Both the position numbers and the translations under genes were made by a program. Of a stretch of DNA of 61,017 bases, positions 19,115-29,622 are shown one piece after another (position 1 is the first letter of the stretch; each line of letters starts with the position of its first letter). The notes beneath the pieces are model-generated. The model was not told where the DNA came from. It did no database searches and was given only the letters and a program-made list of their open reading frames with translations. Source of the stretch: a virus (Duplodnaviria > Caudoviricetes); IMG/VR virus record IMGVR_UViG_3300047586_000114, positions 1 to 61,017 of that record. One strand, given 5' to 3'.

Positions 19115-20926
19115 TTGATGACTAAAGCGCAACAACTTCAAGAATTTTTAAAGTGTAAAAATAATCCAATTTATTTTATCGAAACTTATGTTCAATTAGA
19201 GTTAGCTGGTGCAAATGAATTGATGATATTATGTCAACCACAAAAAGATTTATTACTTTCAATTTTAAATGATCACCATACAATTGCATTAAAATCTAGA
19301 CAAATAGGAATTTCAACTATTGTTCAAGCATTTATTGCTTATACTTTCACTTTTTATGATAATATTGTTGCTGGTATAGTTAGTAAAGATCAAGCTGAAG
19401 CTACAGATTTTTGTAGAAAAGTAATGTCGATGATAGAATATTTACCCGAATGGATGAGACCTATATATATTAAACAAACAGAACAAACATTCATTTTAAA
19501 AAATGGGTGTAAATTTTATGCGCAAACTGTTAATCCAAAAAATCCTGGTAAATTATTTCGTGGTAAATCTATCACAATAGCTGTAATGGATGAAGCTGCA
19601 CATACTGATTATATTGAAAAAGCATGGGTAGGTTTTGGTCCAGCATTAATTAAATCTCAAACTGATGCGAAAAGACATAATGCCCCCTATGCAACTATTG
19701 TTTTAAGTACTCCAAATGGATGCACAGGAACTGGTAAATGGTATTATGAATCATGGAAAGAAGCAAACACAATTGGATCTATTTATAAACCCCATACAAT
19801 TCATTGGAAACAAGTTCCGTGGTGTTCAAATGATCCAAATTGGTATATTTTTCAATGTAAGTTACTTAAAAATAATCAACAATTAATTCGTCAAGAATTA
19901 GAATTGGAATTCATAGCTAAAGAAGGATCTTTCTTTCCAGCTGATACAGTTGAAAAACTCAATAAATGTAATATTACTCCAATTAAAATATTGACTATTG
20001 AAGGTTTTAGTTTAAAGATATGGGAAGATTATAACCCAACAAGATTTTATTTAATAGGAATTGATACTGCATCTTCCCACGGAGGAGATAATTCAACCAT
20101 TGAAGTATTTGATTATGAAACTATGAGACAAGTTTCTGAATATCAAGGAAAATTAAGAATAGATAATTTTTGTAAAGTGATAGAAAAAGTCAATGCACTT
20201 TATAAAAACAATATTATTGTACCAGAAAATAATTCATATGGAGAAGCAGTATGTGAACACTTGACCAAGAATGAATCTGCTTTTAAATACAATATATATT
20301 ACGACTATAAAAAGTTTAAATATGGGGACAATAAAAAGATAGTTTATGGTTTATCAACAACAGCAACAACGAGACCTTTATTGATTGATTCCTTATATAA
20401 TTACGTTACAGAAAATACAAGTATCATAAAATCAACTGGACTAGCACTTGAACTTATTGGATTAGAACAGAATATAAGAGGTCGGGTTGAAGCCGGTAAA
20501 GGAGAAAAAGATGACTTATGTTTAGCAACTTCTTTTTGTACTTATGTTAGATCTTATGAACCGGCTATTAAAAGTAGATTCGGATCTAAAACATTTGCAA
20601 ATGAAACAACATCTGAAGTATTATTATTAAATGAAGATTCTAATGAGGCTAATTTCAATTCAGAATTAGAGAAAATTACTCAATTTAATAAATATAAATT
20701 TGATACAGATGAAGAAGAAAGAAAAACTATATTAATGCAAAAAAACATAGCCTTAAAACGCAGTTTAAAAAAGGCAATAGATGAAAAAGATATTCATCTC
20801 AATTTATCAGAAATCATATATGGTAATTCAGAAGATCCTAAAGGTGATGGCGATTTTTTGTTTTTTGATGATGGTTCTGGGAACAAAAATAATAATGGTG
20901 ATATAGATCCAGACTTGGATATTTAG
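19115..20926 (+). CDS. terL: terminase large subunit (T4 gp17-like)
   Basis: LKSRQIGIST Walker A, VMDEAAH Walker B, LSTPNG coupling motif, IGIDTA and KDDL nuclease acids; ATG 19118 is the likely start. Confidence 0.92.
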   Translation: MMTKAQQLQEFLKCKNNPIYFIETYVQLELAGANELMILCQPQKDLLLSILNDHHTIALKSRQIGISTIVQAFIAYTFTFYDNIVAGIVSKDQAEATDFCRKVMSMIEYLPEWMRPIYIKQTEQTFILKNGCKFYAQTVNPKNPGKLFRGKSITIAVMDEAAHTDYIEKAWVGFGPALIKSQTDAKRHNAPYATIVLSTPNGCTGTGKWYYESWKEANTIGSIYKPHTIHWKQVPWCSNDPNWYIFQCKLLKNNQQLIRQELELEFIAKEGSFFPADTVEKLNKCNITPIKILTIEGFSLKIWEDYNPTRFYLIGIDTASSHGGDNSTIEVFDYETMRQVSEYQGKLRIDNFCKVIEKVNALYKNNIIVPENNSYGEAVCEHLTKNESAFKYNIYYDYKKFKYGDNKKIVYGLSTTATTRPLLIDSLYNYVTENTSIIKSTGLALELIGLEQNIRGRVEAGKGEKDDLCLATSFCTYVRSYEPAIKSRFGSKTFANETTSEVLLLNEDSNEANFNSELEKITQFNKYKFDTDEEERKTILMQKNIALKRSLKKAIDEKDIHLNLSEIIYGNSEDPKGDGDFLFFDDGSGNKNNNGDIDPDLDI

Positions 20927-20961
20927 TTTTATTTTTTTGTAGACAAAAAGGAAATTTTTAC

Positions 20962-23900
20962 ATGGCGGCAAAAGAAAGACCTGTTCCGGCAAGAAATATA
21001 CTACAGGAAGATACTGCGTCCAAATTAAATTCCAATATTACTGGTTTAATGGCTAGTGTTAAAGAACTAACTAAAACTAGTTTAGGTGTTGTTAAGAGGG
21101 CAGGAGGTATGGCTCTCGCTCCAGCTAAAGCAGTTGGAGGTACTGTATATGGTGAAACTTTTGGTTCTATGGATAAATCAAAAATAATTGGTTTGGGTGT
21201 TGCTAGAGCTATAAATCCAATATTAGGTCATTTAACAGAAAAACTTATTGAGAATAATAAAGAAGCTCTTAAGCAACATATAATTGAAACAGCAGGTGCA
21301 ACTAAAGAATTTATAGGTAGAAAGTTTGTTGATGCTAAACATGGTATTGCTAACTTTATAGAAAGAAGAAATGAAAGAAAAGGAAAAGGTGCTGTTGCTC
21401 CTCGAGAAACTACCAGAAGTGTTGGTAAAATGGGACCTGGTCAAAATAGATTGCAGTTAACCTCATACACAAGAAGTCATAAATCTGCAGATACAACAGA
21501 AGCTGTAGATTTACTTCGTATATCTAATGCTGAATGGTTGAAAGCATTGGGCACTATGTCCCCCGAAAGATTAAAATCTAAACCATTACCAAAAGCTGAA
21601 AGAGGTGGTGTTGTTACTAAAACTGGTCAGGCTATAGTTCATAAAGGTGAGGTAATTACACCTACTAAAGTTTTAGGAAAACAATTAGATTATCTCGGTA
21701 GTATAGCTCATGTTCTATCAAGAGGTATTCTTAGAGTTAGAATGGCAAAAACTAGTGATGCTTTGGAGACAAAATTAAAATTAGAAGAAGCTGGGCAAAT
21801 TAATAAGTTAGCATCATTCGGTGGAATGATGAAAAAACAAATTGAAGAACAACAAGAATTAAATAAAACTATTAAAAGATTAGTAGCTACAACCACAACA
21901 GGTCAAAAAGCTGGAAAATTAACTGGTGCTACCATATTTAGAAAAGTTGGTGCATTTATAGCTGATCCGTTTAGAGAAGAACGTAATGAAACATTTCAAG
22001 CTAGAACAGTTACAGCACTTGAACGTTTAGTTTTCTTCTTTGGTGCTATGCCTAATTTAGTTGGTATTTCAAAAGATGTTCCATTTAGTTATCGTCTTGA
22101 TATGATGTTAGGAAAAATGTTTCGTAAACATCCATTTTTTCAAGAAATGTATACTTTTATGAAAGAGTGGGTTTATGTCGGATCTGTATTAAGAGACTTT
22201 TCTATAGGATGGCTTTTTAAATCTAGAAATCCATTATTAAAAGGTAAGAATCATCAAGCAAGAATAGAAGCCGGAATGACTCTTCAAATTACGGAGAGTA
22301 GAGATTTTTATGATAAAGCTTTAGATATTTGGGAAGATTTAAAAGGATCTTTATCTGGAGAAGAAAAAAAGAAAAAAACTAGACCGGGAGAACAATACAC
22401 TTTATTTAATAAGTATATATCTGGTCCTTTAGGTAAAGTAATGTTTTTCGAATTTAATAAACCAAAAACAATAACTGAAAAAGCTAAAACTATTCAAGGA
22501 CAAATATATGATGAGACTGTTACACAAACTGGTTTAATAGAAAAATTAGTAAATCATTTTGTACCAAAGAAAGAAGAAGCTAAAGCTGGAAAAATAAAAT
22601 TAAGTAGTCTTTCTTCTACTGAAAAATTTGATGCTATATTTAAAAATATGGTTGGTGGGGAATTAACAGATATAGAAAAAAGATATGTGAATGTTTTCCA
22701 AAGAAAATTAGCAAAGAGAAAAGAAAAAATTAAAAAACCTTTTTTAGAAGCAGCATCTAAGACATATGGAAAAGCATCTTCGATATATCAACAAGGTCAA
22801 CATTTGTGGGGTGCTACTCAACCATCATTTTTATCGCCAACTCAAAAATATCAGGGAATGGAAGTAAGTAGACATAATGCTAGTTTAGAAGCTAAAAAAA
22901 CATTACCAGCATTTTTAAATAGTCCTCTTATAAAATTACTTAAAAAAATTGAAATTAAAACAGGAACACAAACATTAGCTACTATAGTTGCAATGAGAGA
23001 AGAAAGAATTTACAGAAAAACTCACATGGAATGGTTAAGAAAAAATGATGAGAGTAAAAAAGTTCCGTTTTGGAAAAGAATACTTGGTTTTTTAAGCATG
23101 TTTCTTATGAAATTTGGATGGGTTCAAAAATTAGCTGCAGCATTTAAAGCTGGTGGATTAAAAGGTTTATTTCAACATCTTTTTGGTTTAGAAAAAACTG
23201 CTGGTTGGGGAAAAATTATTCTTCATACTATATTATCACCATTTAAAGTTTTATGGAAAGGTGTTAAAGGTATTTTTGAAGGAATTACTAGTTTAAAAGA
23301 TATATTTAAAGCAAAAGGTATATTCGGCGGACTAAAAGAAATATTTGCTGGTGAAGGAAAATTTGCTGCAGGTATGAAAGGCGTGATTGCTTTTGCAAGG
23401 ATGATAATAAAAGGTGCTAAACCATTATTATCTCTTTCTAAATTAATAATGAGTTCTGCTGCATTTGGTCTATCTCCGTTTACTGCTTTACTTGGTGTGA
23501 TAGAAGGTATTTTTTCTTGGTTTACAGCTGAAAAAATATTTGGTAAAAAATTAGTAACAATTAGAGAAAGATTTGCTGCTAGTATAGCTGGTTTTATTAA
23601 TGGGGTTATTGTTGATATTGTTCAAGAATTAACATATTGGGTAGGTCGGGGTGCTATTTGGTTAACTAATACATTGTTCGGAACTAAATTTGATACAAAT
23701 CCTGCTTGGTTAAAAGCTATTGGTGATTTTAATTTTACTAAATGGGCTGCACCTTTTATAGATAGTATTCTTGGTTGGACAATGGGTTTAGTACAGGGTA
23801 TATGGGAACCTTTAAAATATATAGTAGCTGGTACAGATCAACCGTGGTATATTCGTATTATTAAAGGTCTTGGTGAAATGACAAGTAGATTATTAATTGG

Positions 23901-25734
23901 TAAGGGCGGATTGAATATGATATTTTCCTTACTTGGTTCAGATAAATTTAAAGATGCTGATCCAAATGATATTGGACTTTTAGGTGCTGTTTTTCAAATT
24001 TTATTTATAATACCCGGTAAAATTGGTCAGATAATAAAAAATTCTGGTTTTCTTTCTTCTATTACTGGTTGGATTCAGGGATTGTTTGATGCAATCTGGG
24101 AACCAATTTCAGATATATTTCAATCTGAAAGTTTTCTAGGTGCAATAGGAAATATTTTAAAAGCTGTACCTGAAATGGTAACAAGATTATTAATAGGCAA
24201 AGGTGGATTAAATACATTATTTTCTTTGTTTGGATCTGATAAGTTCGGAGACGCTGATCCAAATGATATTGGACTTTTAGGTGCTGTTTTAAAAATTGTA
24301 TGGCTTCCAATTTATTATACTGGAAAAGCATTAGTATGGATAACAAAAGGCGCATGGAAACTTATAAAAGGCGCTTTGTGGGATATACCATATACTATAG
24401 GTAATTGGTTAATGGAGGGAACACAAGAAATTGGCACATGGTTAGGTGATAAAGTTGGAGATCTATATGCATATATTTATGATCCAGTTCAAAGTATTTT
24501 TTCTTGGATTGGAAAAATAATTCAAAAATGTGAAACTGGAATTACAGATTTAGTTTATAAAATACCAGGTATGAAATATTTACTTGGTGAAAGAAAAGAA
24601 GAAACTAAGCCAGCAGTAGGTGTAGCTGATCACGATAGAAATAAAATAATATTTGAAGAGAAAAAAAGAAGAGAAAAGGCAACTAGTACAACTGCAGCTC
24701 TTGGTGAATTAAAAACAATGATTGGAGAAAAAGGTTTAGAAAAAGCAAATGTATCAGAAAAAGAAAAAGATAAATCTAGAAATGATTTAAGAAAATTTTA
24801 CGAAGAGTCACCATTAAATAATACAGATTTAGGTGAAGCATTATGGAAAGACTTAGCTGGAAAATATAGAATTGCTAGTATATTTGACGATGCACCAGTA
24901 TCGTTTATTGCTACAAGATTGAAAAAAGGTTTAGAAGAATATAAACAATTATCTGATGTTATAGCACAAGGTGGTTTTACCACAGCTGATATTAATAGTA
25001 TAATTAAAGGTAAAGATGTAAGACCTAAAACTTTTGATTTTATTCAAAGTAAATACGCGAAACAATTAGCGGAAACTGAAAAAACTAAAAATCAATCTTG
25101 GATTGGTAAAGCAATTGAAAAAGTAAAGAGTGAAGTAAATGGTGCACCAAAAACAACTGAAGATATAACTAAACAAGCTAAAGAAATTTATGCGAATAAA
25201 GTAACACCAACAGTTGTTACTGCAATTGAAAAATCTAAAGATATAATGGGAGAAACTAAAGACAAAGCAGTTTTAGCTGCTAATATAGCAAAACAAAAAG
25301 CAGAACCATATATTCAATCGGCAGTTACAACCGCTGCTCCTTATGTTGAAAAAGCTAAAACTAGTACAAGTGAAGTTTTAGAATCTTTAGCTAAAGAATA
25401 TGAAGCTAAAAAAGCACAAGCAACTCCTTATGTTGAAAAAGCTAAACAAGCAGCTATGCCAGCAATAACATATGCGGCAGATAAATCAAAAGAAATAGCA
25501 AAAGAAGCTGTTAAAGAAGCTCAACCAATGATGGAAATGACTAAAAATTTCAAAGCTCATGCGGCAGAATCAGCTGAAGGTTTAAAACAAGGTGTAAGTA
25601 AATTTGCACAATCAACAAGTAGTGCTATTGATAATAGTTCAAAATATGTAACAACTACAATTAATGATATGAAACAAAAAGAACATCCATTTTTCTTTGC
25701 TTTAGATTCTATAATTAATGGGGCTACTGTTTAA
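20962..25734 (+). CDS. tape-measure-like protein
   Basis: 1590 aa, helical A/K/G-rich with periodic W/F, LPKAERGGVV...VHKGEVITP motif, internal repeat. Confidence 0.7.
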   Translation: MAAKERPVPARNILQEDTASKLNSNITGLMASVKELTKTSLGVVKRAGGMALAPAKAVGGTVYGETFGSMDKSKIIGLGVARAINPILGHLTEKLIENNKEALKQHIIETAGATKEFIGRKFVDAKHGIANFIERRNERKGKGAVAPRETTRSVGKMGPGQNRLQLTSYTRSHKSADTTEAVDLLRISNAEWLKALGTMSPERLKSKPLPKAERGGVVTKTGQAIVHKGEVITPTKVLGKQLDYLGSIAHVLSRGILRVRMAKTSDALETKLKLEEAGQINKLASFGGMMKKQIEEQQELNKTIKRLVATTTTGQKAGKLTGATIFRKVGAFIADPFREERNETFQARTVTALERLVFFFGAMPNLVGISKDVPFSYRLDMMLGKMFRKHPFFQEMYTFMKEWVYVGSVLRDFSIGWLFKSRNPLLKGKNHQARIEAGMTLQITESRDFYDKALDIWEDLKGSLSGEEKKKKTRPGEQYTLFNKYISGPLGKVMFFEFNKPKTITEKAKTIQGQIYDETVTQTGLIEKLVNHFVPKKEEAKAGKIKLSSLSSTEKFDAIFKNMVGGELTDIEKRYVNVFQRKLAKRKEKIKKPFLEAASKTYGKASSIYQQGQHLWGATQPSFLSPTQKYQGMEVSRHNASLEAKKTLPAFLNSPLIKLLKKIEIKTGTQTLATIVAMREERIYRKTHMEWLRKNDESKKVPFWKRILGFLSMFLMKFGWVQKLAAAFKAGGLKGLFQHLFGLEKTAGWGKIILHTILSPFKVLWKGVKGIFEGITSLKDIFKAKGIFGGLKEIFAGEGKFAAGMKGVIAFARMIIKGAKPLLSLSKLIMSSAAFGLSPFTALLGVIEGIFSWFTAEKIFGKKLVTIRERFAASIAGFINGVIVDIVQELTYWVGRGAIWLTNTLFGTKFDTNPAWLKAIGDFNFTKWAAPFIDSILGWTMGLVQGIWEPLKYIVAGTDQPWYIRIIKGLGEMTSRLLIGKGGLNMIFSLLGSDKFKDADPNDIGLLGAVFQILFIIPGKIGQIIKNSGFLSSITGWIQGLFDAIWEPISDIFQSESFLGAIGNILKAVPEMVTRLLIGKGGLNTLFSLFGSDKFGDADPNDIGLLGAVLKIVWLPIYYTGKALVWITKGAWKLIKGALWDIPYTIGNWLMEGTQEIGTWLGDKVGDLYAYIYDPVQSIFSWIGKIIQKCETGITDLVYKIPGMKYLLGERKEETKPAVGVADHDRNKIIFEEKKRREKATSTTAALGELKTMIGEKGLEKANVSEKEKDKSRNDLRKFYEESPLNNTDLGEALWKDLAGKYRIASIFDDAPVSFIATRLKKGLEEYKQLSDVIAQGGFTTADINSIIKGKDVRPKTFDFIQSKYAKQLAETEKTKNQSWIGKAIEKVKSEVNGAPKTTEDITKQAKEIYANKVTPTVVTAIEKSKDIMGETKDKAVLAANIAKQKAEPYIQSAVTTAAPYVEKAKTSTSEVLESLAKEYEAKKAQATPYVEKAKQAAMPAITYAADKSKEIAKEAVKEAQPMMEMTKNFKAHAAESAEGLKQGVSKFAQSTSSAIDNSSKYVTTTINDMKQKEHPFFFALDSIINGATV
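23875..24289 (+). repeat. internal tandem repeat of tape measure (297-nt / 99-aa period)
   Basis: RLLIGKGGLN..FSL.GSDKF.DADPNDIGLLGAV occurs twice, starting 23875 and 24172. Confidence 0.8.
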
Positions 25735-25747
25735 TAAAAGGTAAAAT

Positions 25748-28519
25748 ATGGCAAATATAATAAATACACCAGATGCGCTAATAAATCAATTACCCCCCGG
25801 ACTTACAAGAGGATTTAATGTTGATCCAAGTAAGCCAATAGGAACTGGTCCGTTTACCCCTAATAGTATTCCATTTAATTTGGCTCAAGATGTAGTTAAA
25901 ATTTCTAGTGGTTCTGTTAATAATATTTTAACACAAGTTCCGGATGCTGCATTTTCTACAATAAATAATGTTATAGGCAGTACAGTAGGAACAGCTACAA
26001 ATTTAATTCAAACAGTACCTAATGCAGCTATAAGTACAATTTCAAATGCAGTTGGTGCAGCTACTGGATTAATTCAAGCTACTCCAGATATAATTAAAGG
26101 AACATTATCAGCAGTAGGAAATATAGGAGAAACTTTATTAAATACTGGTGAAGCTGTTGGTAAAGATTTATTAAATGCTGGAGAAGCTATTTATAATACT
26201 ATTGTACCAGAAGAACAGATACCAATTTATGGCCCACCTCTTCCTCCAGATTATGTACCGCCAGATAAAACAGCCGGTATAATATTTGATACAACTAAAG
26301 CACCATATACTTTAAAAGATAGAACAGTTAGTACATTACCTCCTGGTACACCACCAATACCAGTATCACCAAGCGGAAATCCCTTAACTAATATACAACA
26401 AATTATATCAACACTCGTTAATCCAGATAGTCAATTACAACCTTTTATACCATTAGTAGAAACAATAAGAGTTCCGGAAATTATTGGTTTGCCGCCATTA
26501 CCATCTTCTTTTTCAACAGATTCCCATAGCGGTACAATGGGTTCTAATTTTTTGGGTATGGAAAATGATATGATTATGGATACATTTCCTATACTTGAAA
26601 TTGAACCTTGCATATCTAGATTAGTAATAGGTTTAGATTTATATGAATTAGTTAATGCTTGGGATAGAACCAGAACAGTAGATTTAAGGGGAAGAATTCA
26701 GGAAATAGCACAAACAGATAGATCTTATATTGAAGATATGCTTCAATATTATGGTGTAGATCTTTCAGAATGTAAACGTAATAGATGTTTAAAAGCGGCT
26801 GTTATGGCAGAAGGACCAATTCAAGAATCATTTTCAAATGATTTTGGTGATAGTGTTTTTTCTGAAATATCTAAAGGAGTAGCAAGTAGTACAGTAGCAG
26901 ATATAGCATCAATATCTGGAATAACTAATAAAGAACAAATTGGAGATCTTGCTAAAAAAGGTATGGAGATGATGGGTTTAGGTAAAGAAGTAGAAAAAGG
27001 TAAAGAAGAAGCTGGTAAAGTTACATCTGGTATGTCTGAAAAAACTAAAAGTATTGCTGGTAATATATTAAATGCTGTAACTGAAGCAGCTCTTGGACAT
27101 GGTGTCGGTTATCCACAAGTTTGGAGATCAGCAGCATGGAATCCAAATTATAGTTTTACTATTAGACTCTATAATCCTTTACCCGGTAGTTATCCCCATA
27201 TCGAAAGATATATAATCGGACCATTAGCTTGTTTAATGTCGTTTGTTGTTCCAAGATCAAATGATGGTAAATTTTTCTTTGCGCCGTGGTATTGTAAATT
27301 TAGAGTTAGAGGTTTAATTCCCCAATATGCTGGTTATATAAAAAATATTTCAGTCATTAAAGGTGGAGATAATAACCAAATCGGATGGAATCAAAAAGCT
27401 AGTATTGTTGATGTTAAAATAGATTTTGGTATGCTTTATCAAACAATGGTTGGTGGAAAGTATGCTCCAAATTATAATACACCACAATTAGTTCCGTGGT
27501 TAAAAGAATTTGAAGAAAATAGAGGATATAATGATGGCGGACCAGATCAAATGATCCCCTCTTGGTATGTTACTTCTTATATGGATTATCAAAATAGAAA
27601 TCCATCTATATTTGATTTAGTAAAAAATGCTGCTAATGTTGTAGCTGGTGTTCTTAAAGTGAATGAAGGAAATGTTGCTCAAGCAAATGTAGCTAGAGAT
27701 ACTCAACCAAGAGAAGGCGGATTACTTAATCAATTAACTGGTATGGTTGTAGATCCACTTACTAAAGTTGTAAATGGCGTAGGAACTATCGCAAATGAAT
27801 TAGTTGGAGCAGCTGGAGATCTTACTAATTTTGCAGTTAATACAGCTGGCGGTATAGCTAATACTTTAGTTGGAACTGCTGGTCAAATATTAAATACAGC
27901 TGGTCAAATAATCGGACCATTAGCAAATACAGTGGCAGGAGTTGCTGGAAATGTTCTCGGAACCGCCAATGGATTAGTTAGTAATTTAACTAATGTTGCA
28001 GGAAATGTAACTGGTCAGGCTACTTCTTTAATTGGCGGTGTAACACAAAATGTAGCTGGAGGAATGGTTAAAGATCTAGGAAATTATTCTACTAGTCTTC
28101 TTAGTATCCCAGGAGGGTTATTAAATAATGCATCTACATTAACTGGAGTTGCTAATGATCCAACATGTCCAAGTGGAGTTGTTGGGCAGTTATTAGGTGA
28201 AGCAAGTTCTTTAACATCAACAGCTGGAACATTAACTAGTAGTTTGGGACCAATTGCAAATAATTTAGCAACAACAAGTATTAATATGGTAGGAAATATT
28301 GGATTACCAGCAACAGGAATATTACAAGGTGTGGCAACTGCATCCACAAACACTCTAACAAATGTAGCTGGATTTACCGCTGATACAGTTAAAACTATCA
28401 CTAATCATGTTCCAACTGGAGATCCAAAAAATCCAAATCCAAGACAAGTAAATCCTGTACTTCCTGTTACTAATTATAAAAGCACTAGCAATAAATCCGC
28501 TAAATATCAATATTCTTAA
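25748..28519 (+). CDS. tail-tube-initiator/baseplate-like protein with low-complexity N- and C-terminal repeats
   Basis: Central globular domain (YSFTIRLYNP...YIKNISV..G...VDVKIDF) of tube-fold type, flanked by G/N/T/A-rich amphipathic repeats. Confidence 0.5.
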   Translation: MANIINTPDALINQLPPGLTRGFNVDPSKPIGTGPFTPNSIPFNLAQDVVKISSGSVNNILTQVPDAAFSTINNVIGSTVGTATNLIQTVPNAAISTISNAVGAATGLIQATPDIIKGTLSAVGNIGETLLNTGEAVGKDLLNAGEAIYNTIVPEEQIPIYGPPLPPDYVPPDKTAGIIFDTTKAPYTLKDRTVSTLPPGTPPIPVSPSGNPLTNIQQIISTLVNPDSQLQPFIPLVETIRVPEIIGLPPLPSSFSTDSHSGTMGSNFLGMENDMIMDTFPILEIEPCISRLVIGLDLYELVNAWDRTRTVDLRGRIQEIAQTDRSYIEDMLQYYGVDLSECKRNRCLKAAVMAEGPIQESFSNDFGDSVFSEISKGVASSTVADIASISGITNKEQIGDLAKKGMEMMGLGKEVEKGKEEAGKVTSGMSEKTKSIAGNILNAVTEAALGHGVGYPQVWRSAAWNPNYSFTIRLYNPLPGSYPHIERYIIGPLACLMSFVVPRSNDGKFFFAPWYCKFRVRGLIPQYAGYIKNISVIKGGDNNQIGWNQKASIVDVKIDFGMLYQTMVGGKYAPNYNTPQLVPWLKEFEENRGYNDGGPDQMIPSWYVTSYMDYQNRNPSIFDLVKNAANVVAGVLKVNEGNVAQANVARDTQPREGGLLNQLTGMVVDPLTKVVNGVGTIANELVGAAGDLTNFAVNTAGGIANTLVGTAGQILNTAGQIIGPLANTVAGVAGNVLGTANGLVSNLTNVAGNVTGQATSLIGGVTQNVAGGMVKDLGNYSTSLLSIPGGLLNNASTLTGVANDPTCPSGVVGQLLGEASSLTSTAGTLTSSLGPIANNLATTSINMVGNIGLPATGILQGVATASTNTLTNVAGFTADTVKTITNHVPTGDPKNPNPRQVNPVLPVTNYKSTSNKSAKYQYS

Positions 28520-29622
28520 ATCTTGAATGAGAAATAATCAGCACAAACTAGTGCAATATAATAAGCTAAAAAACTCCTGCATGTTGCTTTAGATTGAACA
28601 GATAATTGATTGAACCATTTTTCTTCATGAATGTCTCTTATAATATCATCATGTATTTGAACCACAATTCCTTTAAAATAAACTGGTTTCTTTGTAACTT
28701 TAATCCCCATCAAACGCTTTGTATGTTCGATGTAATTAATTCTTTGTGATGTATCTATATTATTCAATACTAAACTTCTCAATAAAAGATTAACAGCTAA
28801 AGTTAAATTATCTGTATATTTGTGATTATTTAAAGTTGTAGTATATACTTGAGATAGTTTTTTATTGAATCTAGTTATATTTCTTGCTTCGTCTAGAGCT
28901 TTATTATCTATCTTTTGATATAATGTTAAATCTTTAGAAATTTTATCTGCGGTTATTTTTATTTTCTGTTCGACAGATGGTTGTAAATCAGGAGTTATTT
29001 CAGATGATGTTTCACTTTCACCTTTTTCATAAGTATCATAATACTGTTCCGCAAATGATCTAGCTGATTGAAATATTCTGGTTCTTATTTCATAAATTAA
29101 TAAATAGATTCTATCATGATTATCATTTTTAAGATCATTTTGATATTTATCAAGTATAACTTTAGCTAAATATAACAAACTATTTCCAATTGAATCTTTT
29201 TGATTATATAGATGATTTTTGGATAATTTTCTTAAAGCTATTTTAAAATAATCAGGGTTACAATGCTTAACAAATATAATCATTACGTTAGTGTAATATC
29301 TCATAGTTAAAGCATTAAGAGCAGCTAAAGCGGCAGCATAATCATTCTTTTTTAAAAAGTATCTAGCTATTAAAATAAATAAAATAGTTTTTGGATCGTG
29401 TAATAATTTCCATTTTGGATTCTTATAATGTTCTTTCGAATATTTAGTTATTATATCATCATTAGTACTAACCATATTAAGTAGTTCGGAATGTATTTTT
29501 GCGATAGTTGGATAGTAGCAATCTTTAACTAATTCAGATAATTCATGACTAATTTTTTCCAATATGAATTGATGTAACCTTATTGGATCTTTAATATCGA
29601 GAATATCTAAATGTTCACTCAT
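28516..29622 (-). CDS. hypothetical protein
   Basis: 368-aa helical ORF coupled (ATGA) to the baseplate gene. Confidence 0.65.
   Translation of the reverse strand: MSEHLDILDIKDPIRLHQFILEKISHELSELVKDCYYPTIAKIHSELLNMVSTNDDIITKYSKEHYKNPKWKLLHDPKTILFILIARYFLKKNDYAAALAALNALTMRYYTNVMIIFVKHCNPDYFKIALRKLSKNHLYNQKDSIGNSLLYLAKVILDKYQNDLKNDNHDRIYLLIYEIRTRIFQSARSFAEQYYDTYEKGESETSSEITPDLQPSVEQKIKITADKISKDLTLYQKIDNKALDEARNITRFNKKLSQVYTTTLNNHKYTDNLTLAVNLLLRSLVLNNIDTSQRINYIEHTKRLMGIKVTKKPVYFKGIVVQIHDDIIRDIHEEKWFNQLSVQSKATCRSFLAYYIALVCADYFSFKI

Noticed and set aside
21232-28401. Short antisense ORFs within the tape measure and 923-aa genes
   Set aside because: Shadow ORFs opposite long, well-supported genes
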